From: an uncultured Terriglobus sp.
GTDB taxonomy: Bacteria; Acidobacteriota; Terriglobia; Terriglobales; Acidobacteriaceae
Direction: 5' to 3'
DNA length: 35,944 nt
Assembly (NCBI GenBank): GCA_937871605.1
Contig: CALMRM010000015.1
Coordinates: 9,953-45,896, forward strand
The translations under genes were made by a program, and so were the position numbers. Positions 28,228 to 35,944 of this stretch are shown piece after piece. Numbering within the stretch: position 1 is the first letter of the stretch; the number at the start of each line of letters is the position of its first letter. The notes under the pieces were generated by a model. It ran no database searches. It saw nothing but the letters and a program-made list of their open reading frames with translations, and was not told the origin of the DNA.

Positions 28228-29271
28228 ATGGCCCACTACCTTGTCACCGGCGCGTCCGGCTTCTTTGGCGGCATTCTGAAGCGACGGTTGCTGCGCGAAA
28301 GTCACACGGTGGTCAACATCGACCTCCAGCGTGATGAAGACGCGGGCCTGCCGGGGTTGACCAGCATCCAGGGCGACCTGCGCGATCGTGCACTGGTGGA
28401 ACGAACCTTCGCAGAGCATGGCTTTGACGCAGTCTTCCACTGTGCGGCGCAACTGGCGCACGGTTCGCGGCTGGACGAGCACCTGCTGTGGACCAGCAAT
28501 GTGGACGCCACGGTGGTGCTGGCAGAGGTGGCGCGGGCGCATGGGGTGAAGCCGTTTGTCTTTATCTCAACCAACTGCCTGTGGGCCGCGGACCTGGGCC
28601 ACGCGGTGCGCGAGGACGATGTGCCCGCACCCATCGAGATCTATGGCAGGAGCAAGCTGGAAGCGGAGCAGCGGCTAGAGGCGTTTGCAAACGACCTGCA
28701 TGTGGTGACGCTGCGTGTGCCCACCATTATGGACGAGGGGCGGCTCGGGCTGCTGGCGATCCTGTACGAGTTCATCGACGACAACAAGACCGTTTGGGTG
28801 GTGGGTGACGGCGGCAACCAGTACCAGTTCATCTACGCGGACGACCTGGCCACAGCGTGTATTCAGGCGGCAAGCTACGGAAATAGCAGGCTGTTCCACC
28901 TGGGTTCTGACGATGTGAAGAGCATGCGCGCGGTGTACGAAAGCGTGGTGCGCGAAAGCGGCAGCAGAAGCCGTGTGCGCTCCTTGCCGAAGGGGCCGAC
29001 GATTGCCGCTATGGTGGCGGCGCACCGCCTGCGCATCTCGCCGCTTGGGCCCTATCACTACAAAATGATCGCGGAAAACTTTGTGTTCGACACGGAGCGG
29101 GCAAAGCAAGAACTGGGCTGGCAGCCCACGCTGACCAACGAACAGATGCTGCTGCGCGCCTATCGCCACTACCGCGACAATCGCCGCGAAATTCATGGCC
29201 GCAGCGAGGTGTCCGCGCACCGCAAGCCCGCGGGCATGGGCGTCATCCGGCTGCTGAAGTGGCTGTCTTAA
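28228..29271 (+). CDS. NAD-dependent epimerase/dehydratase (extended SDR)
   Basis: [20 protein letters not shown]. Confidence 0.92.
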   Translation: MAHYLVTGASGFFGGILKRRLLRESHTVVNIDLQRDEDAGLPGLTSIQGDLRDRALVERTFAEHGFDAVFHCAAQLAHGSRLDEHLLWTSNVDATVVLAEVARAHGVKPFVFISTNCLWAADLGHAVREDDVPAPIEIYGRSKLEAEQRLEAFANDLHVVTLRVPTIMDEGRLGLLAILYEFIDDNKTVWVVGDGGNQYQFIYADDLATACIQAASYGNSRLFHLGSDDVKSMRAVYESVVRESGSRSRVRSLPKGPTIAAMVAAHRLRISPLGPYHYKMIAENFVFDTERAKQELGWQPTLTNEQMLLRAYRHYRDNRREIHGRSEVSAHRKPAGMGVIRLLKWLS

Positions 29272-29324
29272 ACGAGCGACTTACGATTACGTTCGTCAGT
29301 ACGTATGTGCGTAGGAGATCTCGA

Positions 29325-30530
29325 GTGCACCTTTGGAAGCCGCTACGCGTCGTTTTGCTATCCGCCGCCCTGTGTCAGCAGAGTGATGCTGTGCATGCGC
29401 AAACGCAGCTAGACGCATCGCGTGTAGGCCTGGCCGGTGATTGGCAGGCTCCGTTCACTGGCGCGGGTGAACCGACGCGGGTGGTTTTCCGCGTGTCGAA
29501 AGCACCGTTAGGCTGGCGGGCTGTGGCGTTGTGGGTCGAGCCGGGGCACTACGTGGCCAGCATTCCGAGTGTCGTGGTGAAGGGGGATGCAGTCTCGTTT
29601 ACGGCGACGGCGCACGAGCTGAACGGCAGCTTTGCAGGCACGGAGTCGGTAGACGGCACCACCCTGACCGGAAAGTGGACGCAGGGCAGCGGCGAGGGCA
29701 GTGGCGGTGGCTTTGCCACACAGCCGGTAACAATGACGCGCGCGACGAAGGAGACGGCATGGGCCATTGCGCCTGCGCTGGGGTCGGACGCGAAGCTCAT
29801 CCCCGCAAACCTGAACCCCACCTTCGAAGTAGCCACGGTAAAGCCGCACGACCCCAAGGTGCAGGGCGGCGGTTGGCGCTGGATCGGTGCGCGCCGCTTT
29901 GAAGCAACCATGCCCGTGGGCGGATTGCTGGCGGACATTTACGGCCTGCAGCGCGACCAGATCGTTGGCGCGCCGGACTGGGTTTTCAAGGATGTGTACG
30001 ACTACGCGGGCGTGCCCGACCTGCCGGGTTGGCCGACTGCGAAGCAGCGCTACAGCATGGAGCGCAAGCTGCTGGAGGATCGCTGCAAGCTCAAGACACA
30101 CATGGAGACGCGCGATATGTCGGCACTGCTGCTGACGACGGCGAAGGGCGGCACAACGATGACGCCCAGCATCATCGTCTATCCAGGCGTCACGTTCAGC
30201 ATGCATCCTGCAGCGGGCGGCGGTGCTGGCTTCATCTTCACGGCCCAGAACTCTTCCATGGACGACTGGAGGAAGGTACTACAGGGCATGCTGGACCAGC
30301 CGGTGGTGGACCACACGGGGCTAGAAGGCCAGTTCGATTTTGACCTGACGTTTTCGCCGGACGACACCGTGTACGGCGGTCGCATGCACCCGCCGCAGCT
30401 CGAATCGGGTGAACCTGCACCGGGGCTTTACCAAGCGCTGCAGCAGCAACTCGGCTTACGGCTCAATCGCTTCAAGGGACCGGTGCAGGTGTTGGTGATT
30501 GATCACATCGAGCGCCCATCGTCCAACTGA
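29325..30530 (+). CDS. TIGR03435-like acidobacterial exported protein with an extra N-terminal beta domain
   Basis: FEVATVKP, PVVDHTGLEGQFDFDL, LQQQLGL, VIDHIERPS; AGGAG RBS. Confidence 0.88.
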   Translation: MHLWKPLRVVLLSAALCQQSDAVHAQTQLDASRVGLAGDWQAPFTGAGEPTRVVFRVSKAPLGWRAVALWVEPGHYVASIPSVVVKGDAVSFTATAHELNGSFAGTESVDGTTLTGKWTQGSGEGSGGGFATQPVTMTRATKETAWAIAPALGSDAKLIPANLNPTFEVATVKPHDPKVQGGGWRWIGARRFEATMPVGGLLADIYGLQRDQIVGAPDWVFKDVYDYAGVPDLPGWPTAKQRYSMERKLLEDRCKLKTHMETRDMSALLLTTAKGGTTMTPSIIVYPGVTFSMHPAAGGGAGFIFTAQNSSMDDWRKVLQGMLDQPVVDHTGLEGQFDFDLTFSPDDTVYGGRMHPPQLESGEPAPGLYQALQQQLGLRLNRFKGPVQVLVIDHIERPSSN

Positions 30531-30578
30531 CGCTGTCGCCGACACGCGCTGCACGCCCCAGTCTTCGCTGCGAACACT

Positions 30579-31061
30579 TTACCGCCCCGCGCGTAGCAGG
30601 CGCAGCAGCACCGGAGAAAATGTCGCCAGCGCAGCGATGGCAAGCACGGTTGCAAGCGTTGAGGCGCGATAGCGAACGGTAAACAGCGCCCACGCCGTCA
30701 GCACCCAGAACGCCATGTTGGCTGAGGCGGCGACGTACACCCAGTCGGAAAACTTGTGCTGGTCATGGACGAAGTTCATGGTGCGCAGCGTGGGATACGG
30801 CATGTCCGCACGCAGGGTGAGGCGCAGCAGCAGCACTGGCAGCAGGTTGAGCGTGAGCACCAGCGCGATCCATGCCACAGGTGCCCACGGTTGCGGAAAA
30901 CGCGGCACCAACAGCCACGTCACGCAGAGCGTCATCACGATGTTGGCCGTGGCACCGGCGTTCACTGCGGCTGGAAAGTGGCCCATGTCGGCCAGCCGGT
31001 CCATCTGATCCACACGTTTATTGCCCGCGTCTATGTTTCTTGTGCCGTCGCTGTTGCTCAT
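30579..31061 (-). CDS. Hypothetical membrane protein (about 4 TM)
   Basis: Four hydrophobic segments; start uncertain. Confidence 0.75.
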   Translation of the reverse strand: MSNSDGTRNIDAGNKRVDQMDRLADMGHFPAAVNAGATANIVMTLCVTWLLVPRFPQPWAPVAWIALVLTLNLLPVLLLRLTLRADMPYPTLRTMNFVHDQHKFSDWVYVAASANMAFWVLTAWALFTVRYRASTLATVLAIAALATFSPVLLRLLRAGR

Positions 31062-31149
31062 GTTCAATCGGGTTCGATGCAGGAGCAGACGTTCGCGCTG
31101 ACGCTGATTCTTCTTCTCCCTGCAACCGCGGCGGCGTAAACTGCGTGGC

Positions 31150-32835
31150 ATGCGTACACGCGGAGCCGCCCTGCTTTCTGCCGCACTTGCTGCCCTGTTC
31201 GTCCACAGCAGCCTGCTCGCACAGGACACACCGGCAAGCGGCACCGCAGCGCCAGCGTCAACTGTTGCCACACCGCAGGCCGCGCCCGCAGCGCAGGCAA
31301 CGGCTCCCAGTCAGGCGCAGTCCCCAGCAGCAGCCTCGGCACCCACCGCCGGGCAGCAGCCCACGCGCAACCCGGACGGCACGTACACCATTCGCCGTAC
31401 AGCACGTTTGGTCATTCTGGATGTAGTGGTGACCGACGCGAAAGGCAACGTGGTGACCGGGCTGGCACGCGACAACTTCCACGTGACCGAGTTGGACGAG
31501 CCGCAGACGATTCTGAACTTTGAGGAGGCAGGCGCGCACGCCGTGAACGACGAGACGCCGCCCATCAACTCCACGGCCGACCTGGACCGCCTGGCGCCCC
31601 GCGCGCCGGTCAACATCCTGCTGCTGGACGAGTTCAACACGCGCTTCGAGGACGAGGCGTTTGCGCGCTACAGCCTGAAAAAGATGCTGGAGCGGCAGCC
31701 GGAGCGGCTGCGCACGCCGACCATGCTGATTGCCGTGGACCTCCAAAAATTCACCGTGTTGCAGGACTACACGGAGAGCAAGGCCGCGCTGCTGGCCGCG
31801 CTGGACCACCACTTTGCCGCCTACCCGTGGCAGGTGCATAACGGCGGCTGGATTGCCGAGCGCTACGGTATTGCCTTTGGCACGCTGACGCGCGTCGCTG
31901 AAGCCGTGGTGGGTCACCAGGGCCACAAGAACATGATCTGGATTGGGCGCGGCTTTCCGCCGTTCAACTTCGCAAATGCGCCCGTGGACAGCAGCACGCG
32001 CGTAGAGAGCTACGTGCAGCAGTGCGTGAATGAGTTGCGCGACGCGCGCGTAACGCTGTACACGGTGGACCCTGCCGGGTTGACGGTGACGCCCGGCGGC
32101 GGCTATGGACCGGCGGCCGCGTTCAACGATCCCTTCGGCGGCGACTACCAGTTCAACAAGCTGGCCAAGGCCACCGGCGGCCGGGCGTTTTACGGCCGCA
32201 ACGATGTAGACGCGGAGATTGCCACGGGCATTCGTGACGGTGCGAGCTTTTACTCGCTGACGTACCGGCCTGAGAACGGGAACGTGGACCCGAAGAAGTT
32301 CCGGCGCATCAAGATCACGCTGTCGGAGCCCGGACTGACAGCGACGACACGGGAGGGCTACTACGTGCAGCGCGGCCCGGCCCGCGTGGACCCGCAGAAC
32401 CCATCGCGGCGGCTGGCCTTTGAATTGGGCGCGGCCAACAACAGCAACATGGCCTACGACGGTGTGCCGTTGACATTGACCGCAGATCCGGCGAATCCAG
32501 AGACGTTTACCATCCATGTGGACGGACGCGGCCTGGTGTGGACACCGGCAACGGACACGGAGCCGCGCCATGCGGACATCATCGTAATCGCGTCCACATT
32601 TGACAAGAAAAACAAGGAGCTGCAGCAAATTTCCAAGCTCGTCAAGGTGCCTGCCACAGGCGACAACGTGCCGCCCACCGGCCCGCTGAAGCGCGACCTG
32701 AACCTGAAGTTCAACCTCGAGCACAACCCGAAAGCGGTGCGTGCCCGCTTTGTGGTGCGCGTGAGTGCGACCGGGCGCATTGGCACGGCAGACACGCCGC
32801 TGAACCAGCCCGCCGTCACGGCCCAGTCCAGGTAA
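31150..32835 (+). CDS. Acidobacterial VWA domain protein (TIGR03436-like)
   Basis: LVILDVVVTD, ILLLDEFN, KNMIWIG, ATGGRAF, YSLTYRP, TREGYY. Confidence 0.9.
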   Translation: MRTRGAALLSAALAALFVHSSLLAQDTPASGTAAPASTVATPQAAPAAQATAPSQAQSPAAASAPTAGQQPTRNPDGTYTIRRTARLVILDVVVTDAKGNVVTGLARDNFHVTELDEPQTILNFEEAGAHAVNDETPPINSTADLDRLAPRAPVNILLLDEFNTRFEDEAFARYSLKKMLERQPERLRTPTMLIAVDLQKFTVLQDYTESKAALLAALDHHFAAYPWQVHNGGWIAERYGIAFGTLTRVAEAVVGHQGHKNMIWIGRGFPPFNFANAPVDSSTRVESYVQQCVNELRDARVTLYTVDPAGLTVTPGGGYGPAAAFNDPFGGDYQFNKLAKATGGRAFYGRNDVDAEIATGIRDGASFYSLTYRPENGNVDPKKFRRIKITLSEPGLTATTREGYYVQRGPARVDPQNPSRRLAFELGAANNSNMAYDGVPLTLTADPANPETFTIHVDGRGLVWTPATDTEPRHADIIVIASTFDKKNKELQQISKLVKVPATGDNVPPTGPLKRDLNLKFNLEHNPKAVRARFVVRVSATGRIGTADTPLNQPAVTAQSR

Positions 32836-32846
32836 ACCAAGGGATT

Positions 32847-32946
32847 GAGTGCCCCACATCTCGATGAGATCGTGGGATCGTGCGCTGCATCGATGTTAGG
32901 GATCATGCCACAGTAAACCCACGTCTCTCCAAGACATGGGGCACCC
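32847..32946. repeat. REP-like inverted pair (family E)
   Basis: GTGCCCCACATCTC...GAGATCGTGGG and CCCACGTCTC...AGACATGGGGCAC between convergent genes. Confidence 0.75.
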
Positions 32947-32954
32947 GCATTTGA

Positions 32955-33410
32955 CTACTGCTTGCACGCCTCTGGAGCGGTTGTGCGCGCCCAGTCTTCG
33001 CTGCGACCAAAGGCCTTCATGCCAATGTAGCCGCGCAGGTGCAGCACGTCGCCTTCGCTGCGCATGGTGCCCTGGTAGGTCTTGCCTGTCTTTGGGTCGT
33101 AGAGCTTGCCGTCTTCAGCCTTGTCAGGGCCATCCAGCCGAAAGCCGGTCCCGATCGTGAGGCCGCAGAGCGGCTTGTCGCGCAGGCTGCTATCCGGATT
33201 GTTGCGGTCGGTGCTCACGGGTGCGGCCTTGCTGATCTTTGCCAGCGTGGCGCACACCGCGTCGCCGCAGGGTGCAATGTTCAGCACCGATCCACCGGGC
33301 TCTTGCCAGTAGCCGAGCACGCCGCTGCCGTTTTGTGCGTGAACCGTGGTCCAGCCGGTGCAAATGGGCAGAAGAACTGTTAAGAGAACGCTTCGGCACG
33401 TGTGAGTCAT
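32955..33410 (-). CDS. DUF2147 domain protein
   Basis: Signal peptide; DRNNPD, GKLYDPKTGKTY, LRGYIG..FGRSEDW. Confidence 0.9.
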   Translation of the reverse strand: MTHTCRSVLLTVLLPICTGWTTVHAQNGSGVLGYWQEPGGSVLNIAPCGDAVCATLAKISKAAPVSTDRNNPDSSLRDKPLCGLTIGTGFRLDGPDKAEDGKLYDPKTGKTYQGTMRSEGDVLHLRGYIGMKAFGRSEDWARTTAPEACKQ

Positions 33411-33452
33411 GGGGAGATTGGATGCGCCTGACCGGACAGCCATACTGTAAGC

Positions 33453-34730
33453 ATGCCGTCGCACCGCATTGTCCTGGCCAACTTCGGTTCGTTCGGCGAC
33501 CTGCACCCCTACCTGGGCATCGCGCGAGAGCTGCATCGGCGCGGTCACCAGCCGGTCATTGCCACAGTGCCGCACTATCGCGAGAAGATTGCGGCGGCAG
33601 GCTTCGAGTTTGCGCCGGTGCGCTTTGCCGAGATAACGGAGCAGCCCGATGCAGCCATGATGGAGCGCATCCTGCACCTGCGCACGGGGCCGGAGTACAT
33701 CATTCGCGAACTGGTGATGCCGCACCTGCGCACCGCTTACGCTGACGCGGTGATCGCGCTGGAGGGCGCATCGCTGCTCGTGTCGCACCCGCTGGCGTAT
33801 GGGGCGCAACTCGCCGCAGAGGTTCTTAAGCTGCCATGGGTGTCCACGCAGCTGGCACCCTTCGGCATGGTCAGCGCGTATGACCCGCCGGTGATCCCCT
33901 TTGCGCCGCTGCTCACACGGCTGCACGGTGCAGGGCCGCGCCTGTGGGGGCCGCTGCTCCAGCTTGCGAGGCGCGGGTCACGCCGCTGGGTGCGCGCGGT
34001 GGCCGATCTGCGGCGCGAGTTACGGCTGCCGGACACAGGCAATCCGTTGTTTGAGGGCGGCGCGTCTGCCTGGGGCACGCTGGCGCTGTTCTCACCACTG
34101 CTGGGCCAGCGGCAGCCCGACTGGCCTGTGAGGGCGACCCAGACAGGATTCGTCTTCTACGACGGCGAAGAGGCCGCGCTTGCGCCGGAGCTGGAGCACT
34201 TTTTGCAGCGGGGCGAACCGCCCATCGTCTTTACGCTGGGTACAGCTGCGGTGCACAGCCCTGGTAACTTTTACCGCGAAAGCGCGGCTGCGGCACAGCA
34301 GCTGGGCAGGCGAGCCGTGCTGCTGGTGGGTCGCGAGAGCAGGGCTCACGTACCTGCCGGTCTGCCAGATTCGGTGCTGGTGGCAGAGTACGCACCGTTT
34401 TCGCTGCTGCTGCCCCGCGCCGCCGCAGTGGTACACCAGGGCGGTGTAGGCACCACGGCGCAGGCTATGCGCAGCGGCAGGCCCACGCTGGTGGTTCCCT
34501 GGGGAGTGGACCAGCCGGACAACGCAGAACGCGTGCGGCGGCTAGGCATCGCGCGAGTGACAACGCGCAAAGCTTACTCGGCAGACGTGGCCATGCGGGA
34601 ACTGGACGTACTGCTGCGCGAACCGGACTATGGGGAGCGCGCGCAGGTCATCGGCAATGAGGTGCAGCGCGAGGACGGAGCAGCGGCGGCCTGCAACGTG
34701 ATGCTGACGCTCCTGGCAAGTACGCGCTGA
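33453..34730 (+). CDS. GT1 family glycosyltransferase (Gtf/sterol glucosyltransferase-like)
   Basis: GSFGDLHP, LHRRGH, VHQGGVGTT, DQPDNA. Confidence 0.92.
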   Translation: MPSHRIVLANFGSFGDLHPYLGIARELHRRGHQPVIATVPHYREKIAAAGFEFAPVRFAEITEQPDAAMMERILHLRTGPEYIIRELVMPHLRTAYADAVIALEGASLLVSHPLAYGAQLAAEVLKLPWVSTQLAPFGMVSAYDPPVIPFAPLLTRLHGAGPRLWGPLLQLARRGSRRWVRAVADLRRELRLPDTGNPLFEGGASAWGTLALFSPLLGQRQPDWPVRATQTGFVFYDGEEAALAPELEHFLQRGEPPIVFTLGTAAVHSPGNFYRESAAAAQQLGRRAVLLVGRESRAHVPAGLPDSVLVAEYAPFSLLLPRAAAVVHQGGVGTTAQAMRSGRPTLVVPWGVDQPDNAERVRRLGIARVTTRKAYSADVAMRELDVLLREPDYGERAQVIGNEVQREDGAAAACNVMLTLLASTR

Positions 34731-34825
34731 AGCACCTGGCAAGTACGCGCTGAAGCCCCTGGCAAGTACGCGCTGAAGCTGATGGCAAGTACGCGCTAAC
34801 GCTCCTGGCAAGTACGCGCTGAAGG
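34712..34825. repeat. Five tandem 23-bp units (CCTGGCAAGTACGCGCTGAAGCN)
   Basis: Units start at 34712, 34735, 34758, 34781 (variant) and 34804. Confidence 0.95.
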
Positions 34826-35029
34826 CGCGTGTTGTAAAAGCCTGGGGCGCAGCCCCAGGTACCGCGTCGATGTACATTGCGGGCTGAAGGCCCGCGTTAT
34901 GCGGAGCCTGCCTGGTTCTCGCGCCTTCAAACCGAGTGCGCGGTATAACGCGGGCCTTCAGCCCGCCTTTCTTGCTGCTACATCACCTGGGGCTTTGCCC
35001 CAGGCTTTTACAACGCAGGCTTACAGCCC
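34816..35029. repeat. Inverted pair of family B REP-like elements
   Basis: 34816-34900 is an imperfect reverse complement of 34945-35029. Confidence 0.85.
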
Positions 35030-35036
35030 GCCTGAG

Positions 35037-35920
35037 CTACAGAATGTAGCGGCTCAGGTCCTGGTTCTTGACGATGCTGGCCACCTGCTGGCGCACGTAC
35101 TCCGGGTCGATCACGACGACGCGTTCCACGCCACCCTCCACCTGCCGCTCCAGCACTGGCAGCGGGTGCGCCGTAGCCTCGGCCGCGGCTGCGCCCTTCG
35201 GTGGCTCCACGGTGCTTGGTTCCACCTGCGCAACCACGCCGTTTTCTGCGGGCCTGGCGTTCTTGATCAGGTCCGGTGCTTGAAAGCTGATCTCGTCCAG
35301 CACGCGCTCCATGATGGTATGGAGGCGGCGCGCGCCGATGTTCTCCGTTGTCTCGTTCACGTTGTAGGCAAAGCTGGCCATCTCCTCCAGGGCCTCCGGC
35401 TGGAACTCCAGCTTGAGGCCCTCGGTTTCCAGCAGCGCAATGCTCTGCTTCACCAACGACGACTTCGGCTCCGTCAGGATGCGGATGAAGTCCTCCACCG
35501 TGAGCGATTTCAGCTCCACACGGATGGGAAAGCGGCCCTGCAGTTCGGGGATGAGGTCGCTCGGCTTGGAGACGTGGAACGCGCCCGCCGCGATGAACAG
35601 GATGTGATCGGTCGAGACAAACCCGTACTTCGTGTTCACCGTGGTGCCTTCCACGATGGGCAGGATGTCGCGCTGCACGCCTTCGCGGCTGATGTCCGGC
35701 CCGTGGCCACCCTCGCGTCCGGCGATCTTGTCGATCTCGTCGAGAAAGACGATGCCAGTGTCCTCGACGCGCTCGATGGCCGTGCGGTGCACCTGGTCCA
35801 TGTCGATCAGGCGGCCTTCTTCTTCGCTGCTCAGGTACTCGAACGCATCGGAGACCTTCATCTTATTCTTGCGGGTGCGATTGCCGAAGAGGCCGGGCAG
35901 CACGTCCTTAACGTTTATGT
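35037..35920 (-). CDS. hslU: ATP-dependent protease ATPase subunit HslU, C-terminal part only
   Basis: [51 protein letters not shown]. Confidence 0.97.
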
Positions 35921-35944
35921 ATGTCTCTTACCCAACCTGAACGC

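Noticed and set aside
4492-32859. Long antisense ORFs (4492-6159, 16346-18151, 31258-32859 and others)
   Set aside because: They are shadows of real genes in high-GC DNA and show no recognisable motifs
34712-34825. Possible CRISPR array
   Set aside because: The units are contiguous with no unique spacers, and there are no cas genes
1-35944. tRNA, rRNA or known riboswitches (for example a Moco riboswitch near moeA)
   Set aside because: None recognisable by eye; the moeA upstream region is a short divergent promoter. A covariance-model search was not possible.

Overview
High-GC chromosomal segment, very probably from Acidobacteriota (Terriglobia; Terriglobus/Granulicella-like), inferred from TIGR03435-like and VWA (TIGR03436-like) proteins, a PEP-CTERM protein and the intergenic repeat types. 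It is mostly core or housekeeping genes: hemE-hemH-hemY, moeA-moaC, a LytTR regulator, mutY/osmC, an RlmI-like methyltransferase, prfA-prmC and partial hslU. These are mixed with secreted or accessory proteins: an S9 peptidase, a 7-heme cytochrome c/TPR protein, a tannase family esterase, a GT1 glycosyltransferase and an AT-richer 2TM+beta orphan. I saw no tRNA, rRNA, CRISPR, integrase or transposase. The most interesting candidate is an unannotated 21-codon uORF ending in UAG upstream of prfA (RF1), followed immediately by an anti-SD that can pair with the prfA ribosome-binding site; this is a possible RF1 autoregulatory translational switch (inference). Also notable: an in-frame REP-like insertion inside the S9 peptidase, about five REP-like families, a 23-bp tandem array abutting a REP, a stop-less mutY-osmC junction and a strong leaderless-gene signature. 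Several local anomalies may be assembly errors.
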